A DNA stretch of 13,846 bases, filler included, from an uncultured Methanosarcinales archaeon (GCA_964388715.1; 5 parts of 5 records of this genome joined end to end with filler, not necessarily neighbours in it), one strand, 5' to 3'; positions 1-7,380 are shown, counted from the first letter of the whole stretch. Numbers and translations are program-made. The notes: generated by a model not told the origin, from the sequence alone.

Positions 1-136
1 TTGTGGCCCTATAAGGGCCCTGGGACTGTGAACTCGAGTTCTAAAGCCTCCTCCGCACGTGAGAAGTAGAGTTCAAGGTTAAGACTATGTTTCTTTTTGT
101 TTTAGTTTGTTATGGTTGGGGTGGCTTAAATAGTTT
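1..136. repeat. Structured non-coding element, copy A (direct repeat of 3897..4033)
   Basis: Manual alignment to 3897..4033: first 55 nt identical, then 8 substitutions and a 1-nt indel in a T-run. Six substitutions fall at 56-69. May extend left of the window. Confidence 0.95.
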
Positions 137-144
137 TCTTTTAG

Positions 145-165
145 AGGGCCCTCATAGGGCTACAA
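145..165 (-). repeat. Inverted copy of 21-bp hairpin motif TTGTRGCCCTATRAGGGCCCT
   Basis: Reverse complement TTGTAGCCCTATGAGGGCCCT matches 1..21 and 3897..3917 (TTGTGGCCCTATAAGGGCCCT) at 19/21 positions. Confidence 0.9.
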
Positions 166-206
166 AGTTTTTAAATTGTTAATTATTTTTAATATTCTTT
201 ATTTAA

Positions 207-3200
207 TTAACATTCACCGATACCAAAATCCTCACCAGCAACACCAACTTCATCATAATTATTCCAACAAGATGGTGGATCAGTCCAACTTATTCTTTCA
301 TCTACCAAATCATAACAAGCTAGTTGACCACATGGAACACAAGCATTTTCTCCTCTAAATAATGCGCAAGCCTTTCCTTCATCACAAATACCCCACTCCC
401 CACATTCAACTCTTGCTTGATTTTCTCTTCCTTGAACAACACAAGCACCATTTTGACAAATTCTACCTTCTGATGAGCAATCATAATTCTCGTCAGTTGC
501 CCAAGTGCCTTGTGTGCTTTTACTACAATAAAATTCCTTAAGAGTTGTTTCATCCACACACCCATCAATATATTCTAGAGGTTCCATACCCCAACCGCCA
601 ATACCATGAACTACTCCTGCACCCCTGTAATTCCTTCCACCATCTGTATCAGTACACTCTTCTGATGGATTAAATGGTTCACATGATTCTGATGAGATGA
701 GTTCAGTAAAGTATTGACCATTTTCGTCTCTTTCACGTCTAATAACCATGTCGCTACATAAATCTCTATTTCTAACTGTTTCCGGGGTCTCTCTATGAAT
801 AATATAGTCCCCTACCTTTTGAAGGATTACATAATATTCACTCCCACCATGATTGATTTCACGTAACTCATTATCTGGTTCTCTAATTGTCATTAAGCCA
901 TCATGTGTTTCTACATAAACTATATTTCCTTGAGCATCTATAAAATCAAAATTAATACCGCTATTACTAAAAGTAATATGATGATTAATGTCTGCAAATA
1001 CTGTAACATCATTATTATCCACATTATCTGTATTAACAACTGTTGCAAAAGACCGGTCTGCATGTTGGTAAACCCAATAGTTTATGTTAAATTGATAATT
1101 GTTGAAATTATTATCAACCACATATTCTTTATTTACAGGGGTATCCCTAACATCATAATTGAAATAATTTCCTAAAAATTTTCCATCGGGTAAATTCGCA
1201 ATTCTTTCAGGAACAACTTCAATCCTATAAAATTCTGGCTCAAGTAATGTGTCAACAATGTTTATATCATATCCCCTTAATTCATTAACTTCATGCCTTA
1301 GATTTACGAAGGGGGATTCAAAGTATAAAGGTAAAACAAGGATTTCATTAGAATCTTCTAAAGAAAAGCCAATAGGACTCCCCTCTAAAACCACTACATA
1401 TTTATAGTTTCTACCAATAGGATTTGTTTCACTTAATGCAAAAATTGGCAGATTAAACCCTTCAGCTTCTTCTTCAAAAAAGAATCGTTGGTCCACACTT
1501 TCTCCAATGTATGTTCCAATACTAATAAAATGTAATTTCATATTTTCTTGAGCAAGAATCTCTTCAATGTTTGTTTCAATTATTTGGGCTTCTTCTTCAT
1601 TGAAAGTAATTTGAGCATTATTAATATTTCTTAGGTCTACCCCTTCGATCATAGATGTAAAACGTTTACCTTCATCTGAAGTTGTATCTATTATCGCAAT
1701 TAAATCAAAAAGATTATCTGTTGTAAAAAATGTTTGTTCAAAACTTCTTTGTTTATCTAAAATCACGGGTAACCGCACACTTGTGCCTTGTTTAAGTTGA
1801 TAGATGTTAATTTCCTTATCTTCATTGGGTGAGAACCATTGAGGTGATTCAACCCTAATGAGAATTTCTTTCCCTCTTTCAAGATAAACCGGCAATTGAT
1901 TTTCTCCAACCTTTTCATTAAAATTACAATCTTCATAAACATCAAGAACTATTCTACCAAAATATTTTCCCATTGATATATCCTCAACATTAAAGTTAAA
2001 TTCTAGATTATTTTCTGCACCCGCGTTTAAACAAAACTCTTCTTCTGAGAAATCAAAAATAGGGTTATATTCATTCCCATTGTTCCTGCTCAACATATTA
2101 GTATTCCTTACCCGTATACCAATTTGGTCTTCTCTGAGATTCTTTACTGAAAATCTTGAAGAAACACTTTGCTCATCCATAGGACTTAAAATTTTAATTA
2201 TACCAGGGTTGAGTAAAACAAAAGAATTTAAGGTTGATAATGCATCGATTCTTCCAGTTCCTTGTGTATTAATATCATGACTTAGGTCAATAGCATTACT
2301 CATAATTAAATTCTTAATTTCTTGTGGTTCAAAACTAGGATACTTTTGAAGTAATAAAGCCACTAAACCAGTTACATGCGGAGCAGCCATAGAAGTACCC
2401 TCAGCAGCAACATGTCTATCATCAAAACATCCTGTACCAATATTACCAAGTCTTGCAGAACAAATTAAAACGCCAGGTGCAACAACATCTGGCTTAAAAA
2501 TTTGGCCTTCGGACCATACGGCAGGTCCACGAGAACTAAAATCAGCCATTCCATCTTGTTTATCTACTGCCCCTACTGTTAATGCCTCTCTTGAAGAACC
2601 TGGCTCACCCAATGTAGAAGGATTTGGTCCATCATTTCCAGAAGCAATAACGGCGGTAACACCACCACCTAGTACAAGATTATCTGTTGCTAATGAAGTT
2701 GGAGAATCCGAGTTTCCGGGGAAATTAAGACTCATACTTACTACATCTAATTTATCCGAAAAATCACCATCATCATTTGGATCTACTGCCCTTTCCAAAG
2801 CAGAAATAACATCGGCTCTTTGACAACTCCCACCCCCACCGCATACTTTATATGCAACAAGTTTTGCACTTGGAGCCACACCTTGCAGAACTCCATCTCC
2901 TGCTGCAATTCCTGCCACATGAGTGCCGTGATAATCATCATCCATAGGATCATTATCATCGTTTATAAAATCATAACCACCAATCACTTTCTCACAACCA
3001 CCATCATTAATATTGTTTGTTCTCTCACAATTTCCAAAATCGGGATGTGTATAATCAATACCTGTATCTATTATAGCAATAGTAATACCTTCGCCTGTAA
3101 CTGGAATCCCATTATTGTCTTCAACTCTCCATGCATCATCCGCATTTATCTGGGGCACAGAGTCCATTAAAGTGGTATGTCCAATAAGATTTAGATGAAT

Positions 3201-3761
3201 CTTTTTAACATTTTTTAAACTTTTTAAATAGCGTGTCTCTTTTAAGGAAATATCAAATGCTATACCATTGAAGGTGTTCTTAAAGTCCCCTAATATTTTT
3301 GGACTCCTTCCTAAAATCTTTTTAACGTCTTCCTTTAGTATTGTTTGTTGATTAAGGATTTTATTTCTTTGGTTATATAACATGCTACTTATCTCTGAAT
3401 CACTTCCTTTTAATTTTAGTTCACTTTTTAATTTTAACACTGGGTCTTCTTTAAGCTCTATAATAAAACCATTATACTCTTCCCTCATCAAATCCTTTTT
3501 TTGAATTTGACTTTTAAAGGGAGTGTATGTACTATCAAATTTCTTTTTAGAAGTAGATTTTGGAATTTGTTTTAATGATTTACTAATCTTCTCTTTGGTT
3601 GTGGTTTTCGGAATGTTTTTATCCTTACTAAAAAGTTTTGATAGTCTCTCTGCAGATATTGATGCATCACCAGTAATTTCATTGTCATCAATATAAGTAA
3701 AACATGAAGAAGTAAATAATAGAATAATTATCAATACTAGTATCAACACTCCTTTTATCAT
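207..3761 (-). CDS. Secreted subtilisin-like S8 serine protease (Vpr-like) with I9-type prodomain and long C-terminal extension ending in Cys-rich modules
   Basis: Hydrophobic N-terminus. Catalytic triad motifs IAIIDTGIDYTHPDF, HGTHVAGIAAG and GTSMAAPHVTG; oxyanion motif ASGNDG; also FSSRGP and KPDVVAPG. Confidence 0.95.
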   Translation of the reverse strand: MIKGVLILVLIIILLFTSSCFTYIDDNEITGDASISAERLSKLFSKDKNIPKTTTKEKISKSLKQIPKSTSKKKFDSTYTPFKSQIQKKDLMREEYNGFIIELKEDPVLKLKSELKLKGSDSEISSMLYNQRNKILNQQTILKEDVKKILGRSPKILGDFKNTFNGIAFDISLKETRYLKSLKNVKKIHLNLIGHTTLMDSVPQINADDAWRVEDNNGIPVTGEGITIAIIDTGIDYTHPDFGNCERTNNINDGGCEKVIGGYDFINDDNDPMDDDYHGTHVAGIAAGDGVLQGVAPSAKLVAYKVCGGGGSCQRADVISALERAVDPNDDGDFSDKLDVVSMSLNFPGNSDSPTSLATDNLVLGGGVTAVIASGNDGPNPSTLGEPGSSREALTVGAVDKQDGMADFSSRGPAVWSEGQIFKPDVVAPGVLICSARLGNIGTGCFDDRHVAAEGTSMAAPHVTGLVALLLQKYPSFEPQEIKNLIMSNAIDLSHDINTQGTGRIDALSTLNSFVLLNPGIIKILSPMDEQSVSSRFSVKNLREDQIGIRVRNTNMLSRNNGNEYNPIFDFSEEEFCLNAGAENNLEFNFNVEDISMGKYFGRIVLDVYEDCNFNEKVGENQLPVYLERGKEILIRVESPQWFSPNEDKEINIYQLKQGTSVRLPVILDKQRSFEQTFFTTDNLFDLIAIIDTTSDEGKRFTSMIEGVDLRNINNAQITFNEEEAQIIETNIEEILAQENMKLHFISIGTYIGESVDQRFFFEEEAEGFNLPIFALSETNPIGRNYKYVVVLEGSPIGFSLEDSNEILVLPLYFESPFVNLRHEVNELRGYDINIVDTLLEPEFYRIEVVPERIANLPDGKFLGNYFNYDVRDTPVNKEYVVDNNFNNYQFNINYWVYQHADRSFATVVNTDNVDNNDVTVFADINHHITFSNSGINFDFIDAQGNIVYVETHDGLMTIREPDNELREINHGGSEYYVILQKVGDYIIHRETPETVRNRDLCSDMVIRRERDENGQYFTELISSESCEPFNPSEECTDTDGGRNYRGAGVVHGIGGWGMEPLEYIDGCVDETTLKEFYCSKSTQGTWATDENYDCSSEGRICQNGACVVQGRENQARVECGEWGICDEGKACALFRGENACVPCGQLACYDLVDERISWTDPPSCWNNYDEVGVAGEDFGIGEC

Positions 3762-3782
3762 ATCATTTTTAGGAAGGGATTA

Positions 3783-3790
3783 TTTATAAA
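3783..3790 (-). promoter_or_regulatory. Putative archaeal TATA box for the S8 protease
   Basis: TTTATAAA just over 20 nt upstream of the ATG at 3761, spacing compatible with a leaderless transcript. Confidence 0.55.
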
Positions 3791-3896
3791 AGTAATGTAG
3801 GCCTTGAACTCCAAGTAGAAAGCTCTGTATGGGATTGGAACTTAGAAAGAAATTTTGATTAAAAATGACAGAATTTATAGGACACTTATTTAAATC

Positions 3897-4033
3897 TTGT
3901 GGCCCTATAAGGGCCCTGGGACTGTGAACTCGAGTTCTAAAGCCTCCTCCGGGAGTTAGAAGTCAAGTTCAAGGTTATGACTATGTTTCTTTTTTGTTTT
4001 AGTTTGTTATGGTTGGGGTGACTTAAATAGTTT
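3897..4033. repeat. Structured non-coding element, copy B (direct repeat of 1..136); candidate small RNA
   Basis: Near-identical to 1..136. Contains hairpin GGCCCT-ATA-AGGGCC, a long imperfect hairpin 3925-3971 and a T-tract 3986-4000. The contig ends 12 nt later. Confidence 0.95.
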
Positions 4034-4045
4034 ATTGATGATCAA

Positions 4046-4145
4046 NNNNNNNNNNNNNNNNNNNNNNNNNNNNNNNNNNNNNNNNNNNNTTAATTAATTA
4101 ANNNNNNNNNNNNNNNNNNNNNNNNNNNNNNNNNNNNNNNNNNNN
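4046..4145. other. Artificial contig linker
   Basis: 100-nt block of Ns around TTAATTAATTAA (stops in all six frames), present four times in the window. Confidence 0.98.
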
Positions 4146-4460
4146 GGATCGTGAGCTGGGTTCAGAACGCTGTGAGGCAGTTTGTTTGATATCTACTGGA
4201 GATGTTTGATATCTGAGTGGAAGGATCTTCTAGTACGAGAGGAACGAAGGTTCGATGCCTCTGGTTGACCAGTTATCTGATAAGGTATGCTGGGCAGCTA
4301 CGCATTAAGGGATAAGTGCTGAAAGCATCTAAGCACGAAGCCTACCGCGAAAAGAGATATCGTAGAACTCTCATAAAAGATGAGTTTAATGGGACTGGGG
4401 TGTAAGTACCAAGCTTCGGCGAGGTATTCAGCTCGCAGTTTCCAAAAGTTCGTATCCTTT
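4146..4460 (+). rRNA. rrl: 23S rRNA, 3' fragment (end of domain V and domain VI)
   Basis: GTGAGCTGGGTTCAGAAC peptidyl-transferase region; sarcin-ricin loop AGTACGAGAGGAAC at 4232-4245 (archaeal/eukaryal type); GCTGAAAGCATCTAAGC. The 3' end is approximate. Confidence 0.95.
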
Positions 4461-4478
4461 GTATCTAGTCTAGCATGG

Positions 4479-4502
4479 TTTTCTCTTTTTTTCTTTTTTT
4501 TT
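4479..4502 (+). terminator. Oligo-T archaeal terminator after the 23S rRNA
   Basis: Long T-rich tract immediately after the rRNA-like sequence. Confidence 0.6.
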
Positions 4503-4537
4503 AATTATTCAACAAAATAGCCACAGCTCTAGAAAAT

Positions 4538-4545
4538 TTTATAAG
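4538..4545 (+). promoter_or_regulatory. Putative BRE/TATA for the four-helix-bundle/kae1 operon
   Basis: AGAAAAT followed by TTTATAAG, 25 nt before the ATG at 4571. Confidence 0.55.
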
Positions 4546-4570
4546 TAGTTTATGATTTTTCTTGTTTATT

Positions 4571-4981
4571 ATGGCAAGAAATTATAAAAATTATATTATA
4601 TATCAAAAAGGATATGATTTGGTTATTGATTTGTATAAAATTACTGATAAGTACCCAGCTCACGAACAAAATAATTTAATTAGTCAAATAAGGAGAGCCG
4701 CTGTTTCAATCCCTGTTAATATTGCAGAAGGAAGTGCAAAAAAATCTCCAAAAGAATTTTTACACTTCCTTAATATTGCATATGGTTCTTCAAAAGAACT
4801 TGCTGTTCTTTTAGATTTATCAAAGAGTATAGGATATATTAGTGAAAAAGTTCATTCTAAGATTTCTGAACAGATTGATCATTTTAATAGTAAAATATTT
4901 TTATTTATTAGACATGTTGAAGGAGATCACATTAGTAAGAAAGGTTTTTTTCAGAAAAGGGCAATGGAAAGTTTAAAATGA
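4571..4981 (+). CDS. Four-helix bundle protein (23S rRNA IVP / TIGR02436-like, Avd-related fold)
   Basis: Signature LISQIRRAAVSIPVNIAEG...KEFLHFLNIAYGSSKEL. ATG 4571 preferred over TTG 4562 because of TATA spacing. Confidence 0.9.
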   Translation: MARNYKNYIIYQKGYDLVIDLYKITDKYPAHEQNNLISQIRRAAVSIPVNIAEGSAKKSPKEFLHFLNIAYGSSKELAVLLDLSKSIGYISEKVHSKISEQIDHFNSKIFLFIRHVEGDHISKKGFFQKRAMESLK

Positions 4982-5955
4982 TAGTTTTAGGAATTGAATC
5001 AACTGCACACACTTTTGGTGTTGCAGTTTTGGATGAGGGAAAAGTTTTGTCTAATGTTATTGATAGTTTTCATACTGAGAAAGGTGGAATGATACCTTAC
5101 AAAGTTGCTGATCATCATGTTGATGTTTGTGATAAAGTTATAATGAATGCTTTGGAGAAGGCTAAGGTGAGGTTAAAGGATGTTGATCTTATTGCTTTTT
5201 CAAATGCACCTGGTTTAGGTCATTGTTTAAGGATTGGTGCTTTTGTTGCAAAAGCTTTAGCTTTGAAACTTGATGTTCCTATTATTGGTGTTAATCATTG
5301 TGTTGCACATCTTGAAGTTGGAAAAATGTTAACTGATGTTAAAGACCCTGTTTTGCTTTATGCTTCTGGTGTAAATACACAGATTATTGCATTTGATGCT
5401 GGTAAGTATAGAATTTTTGGTGAAACACTTGACATTGGAATTGGAAATTTTTTAGATAGTTTTGCACGGTACATGGGGTTGGGTTTTCCTGGTGGACCTA
5501 AAGTTTATGAATTAAGTTTGAATTGGAAGGAGTTGATTGATCTGCCTTATTCTGTAAAAGGAATGGATGTTTCTTTTGGTGGATTGTTAACTAATCTTAA
5601 GAATAAGTTTAGTTCTGGTAAGTTTAGTAAAGAAGATTTATGTTATTCTTTACAGGAAACTGTTTTTGCAATGTTAGTTGAAGTTTCTGAGAGAGCAATG
5701 GCACATTGTGATAAAAAAGAATTGTTATTAGGTGGAGGTGTTGCTTGTAATCTTCGTTTGCAAGAGATGTGTAAAAAGATGTGTGTTGATAGGGGAGCTA
5801 AATGTTTTGTTTTGCCTAATCAATTTAATATTGATAATGCTGCAATGATTGCTTGGCTTGGTTTGGTTGAATATAAGTCTGGTGTTAGGATGAAGATTGA
5901 AGAAGCTATTATAAAACCTTATGAAAGAACAGATGATGTTGTGGTTAGTTGGTGA
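4978..5955 (+). CDS. kae1: tRNA N6-threonylcarbamoyltransferase Kae1 (KEOPS), not fused to Bud32
   Basis: LGIESTAHTFG, metal-binding NHCVAHLE, GETLDIGIGNFLDSFAR, YSVKGMDVSFGG, GGVACN, DNAAMIA. ATGA overlap with the upstream gene. Confidence 0.96.
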   Translation: MIVLGIESTAHTFGVAVLDEGKVLSNVIDSFHTEKGGMIPYKVADHHVDVCDKVIMNALEKAKVRLKDVDLIAFSNAPGLGHCLRIGAFVAKALALKLDVPIIGVNHCVAHLEVGKMLTDVKDPVLLYASGVNTQIIAFDAGKYRIFGETLDIGIGNFLDSFARYMGLGFPGGPKVYELSLNWKELIDLPYSVKGMDVSFGGLLTNLKNKFSSGKFSKEDLCYSLQETVFAMLVEVSERAMAHCDKKELLLGGGVACNLRLQEMCKKMCVDRGAKCFVLPNQFNIDNAAMIAWLGLVEYKSGVRMKIEEAIIKPYERTDDVVVSW

Positions 5956-5985
5956 GATTATTGTTTTTTTCTAAATTTTAGATTA

Positions 5986-6591
5986 TTAAAGAGAATTAGG
6001 ATTATATGTGGTAATTGCTTTAGCTTCAATTATGCCTGCAACAATTGGAGGATCAGTTGTATGAGCCTTTTGTTTAATATCTTCAGAATGGTAAGTGATA
6101 GGATCAAACTCAAGATTAATTGCTCTAGCTTCAATCATAGCTGCAATAACTTGTGGATTAGTAGTACGAGCCTTTTTTTTAATGTCTTCAGAATGGTAAG
6201 TGATAGGATTAAACTCAGGATTTTGTGCTTTAGCTTCAATCATAGCTGCAATAACTTGTGGATTAGTAGTACGAGCCTTTTTTTTAATGTCTTCAGAATG
6301 GTAAGTGATAGGATTAAACTCAGGATTTTGTGCTTTAGCTTTAATCATTGCTGCAACAATTTGTAGGTCAGTAGTTTGGGCATTTTTTTTAATGTCTTCA
6401 CTGTGGTATGTAATAGGATCATAAATATATTCATTCTGTTCTATTTTTTCTCTAGTCTTAAATAAACCTGCAACTTCTTCAGCAAGAACATAAGCTGGAA
6501 GAAAAACTTGTGAGCCAATTAAACCAGCAACTAGTAAATTTCTTCCTGTGTTTTTACATGATCCTAAAATACCTTCTAGCCCCCATGTCAT
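5986..6591 (-). CDS. Hypothetical, possibly exported protein with four 35-aa tandem repeats
   Basis: Signal-like N-terminus (RNLLVAGLIGSQVFLPAYVLA) followed by 4 x FNPITYHSEDIKKKARTTNPQVIAAMIEAKAQNPE-type units. Confidence 0.8.
   Translation of the reverse strand: MTWGLEGILGSCKNTGRNLLVAGLIGSQVFLPAYVLAEEVAGLFKTREKIEQNEYIYDPITYHSEDIKKNAQTTDLQIVAAMIKAKAQNPEFNPITYHSEDIKKKARTTNPQVIAAMIEAKAQNPEFNPITYHSEDIKKKARTTNPQVIAAMIEARAINLEFDPITYHSEDIKQKAHTTDPPIVAGIIEAKAITTYNPNSL
6004..6423 (-). repeat. Coding tandem repeat, 105-bp period, 4 units
   Basis: 6126-6236 is identical to 6231-6341; the outer units are diverged. Confidence 0.92.
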
Positions 6592-6626
6592 ATATCTTAA
6601 TAGGATTTGAGAATATATAAATTTTA

Positions 6627-7064
6627 CTACTTTTTAAGGGTTATTTTTGTAGCATAGTTAGATCCAGTTGAGGTAAGTGCTATAGCAATATTTTCGTTTT
6701 GGTATTCAGCATAGAAAGTCCTATACATTTGGCTGACATTAAGTTCAGAGTTTTCAGCTTTAGCGCAAGTAAGTGCCATAGCAATATTTTCATTTTTGAA
6801 TTCATCATAAAAATCTCTGTATATTTGGTTGATATCTATTTTTGGATTTTTAGCTTTGGCACGAGTAAGTTCTATAGCAATATTCTCGTTTTGAAATTCA
6901 TCATAAAACTCTTTGTATATTTGGTAAATGTTTAATTCTTTGCTTTCAGCTTTGGCATGAGTAAGTGCCATAGCAATATTTTCATTTTTGAATTTATCAT
7001 AAAACTCTTTGTATATTTGGTTGATATCTATTTTTGGATTTTTAGCTTTGGCACGAGTAAGTTC
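6627..7064 (-). CDS. 5'-truncated hypothetical protein with 32-aa tandem repeats
   Basis: Frame stays open from the contig edge (ELTRAKAKNPKIDINQIYKEFYDKFKNENIAMALT...). 96-bp units alternate between two types, giving a 192-bp period (6769 vs 6961). Confidence 0.8.
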   Translation of the reverse strand, partial: ELTRAKAKNPKIDINQIYKEFYDKFKNENIAMALTHAKAESKELNIYQIYKEFYDEFQNENIAIELTRAKAKNPKIDINQIYRDFYDEFKNENIAMALTCAKAENSELNVSQMYRTFYAEYQNENIAIALTSTGSNYATKITLKK

Positions 7065-7164
7065 NNNNNNNNNNNNNNNNNNNNNNNNNNNNNNNNNNNN
7101 NNNNNNNNTTAATTAATTAANNNNNNNNNNNNNNNNNNNNNNNNNNNNNNNNNNNNNNNNNNNN
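7065..7164. other. Artificial contig linker
   Basis: Same N/TTAATTAATTAA/N block. Confidence 0.98.
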
Positions 7165-7380
7165 CCCTCTACCAAAATGAACTTCTTCAGTTTTATTGGT
7201 TGAAGGCATGACATTTTTTGGATACCTCTTAGGTAATTTAAGTGAGCATGATAATAGTGATAATGTGAAAGGGAAAGTTTTAGAGCTTAAGCTATATTGT
7301 CTGCATTTAAACAGACGCTTATCTACAAACTTCCACATTTTATGTTTTAATCTCATCTTCATGTTAATGTCACTCTTCAT
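7165..7380 (-). CDS. Possible N-terminal fragment of a hypothetical protein
   Basis: ORF downstream of and co-oriented with TFB, running into the gap. No recognisable motif. Confidence 0.3.

Noticed and set aside
30..41. GAAC-TCGA-GTTC matches the Gram-positive LexA box GAAC-N4-GTTC
   Set aside because: Archaeal context, no lexA seen, and the bases are also explained by the element's hairpin.
56..69. Copy A/B as DGR template and variable repeats, given an Avd-like gene in the window
   Set aside because: Mismatches are not confined to adenines on either strand, neither copy is coding, no RT is present, and the Avd-like gene is on another contig.
176..3170. Short ORFs 176..358, 320..568, 903..1175, 1763..1945, 2080..2280, 2820..3170
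   Set aside because: Shadow or alternate-frame ORFs overlapping the protease gene, with no motifs.
1..4033. Direct repeats as canonical integron attC sites
   Set aside because: GTTAAGA/GTTATGA are present, but no complementary RYYYAAC box pairs with them at the hairpin foot, and no IntI is in view.
4036..4041. TGATGA as a box C motif of a C/D guide RNA
   Set aside because: Four nt from the contig end, with no D box visible and absent from copy A.
6004..7064. Tandem repeats as a CRISPR array
   Set aside because: Periods are multiples of 3 within open frames, with no unique spacers and no cas genes.
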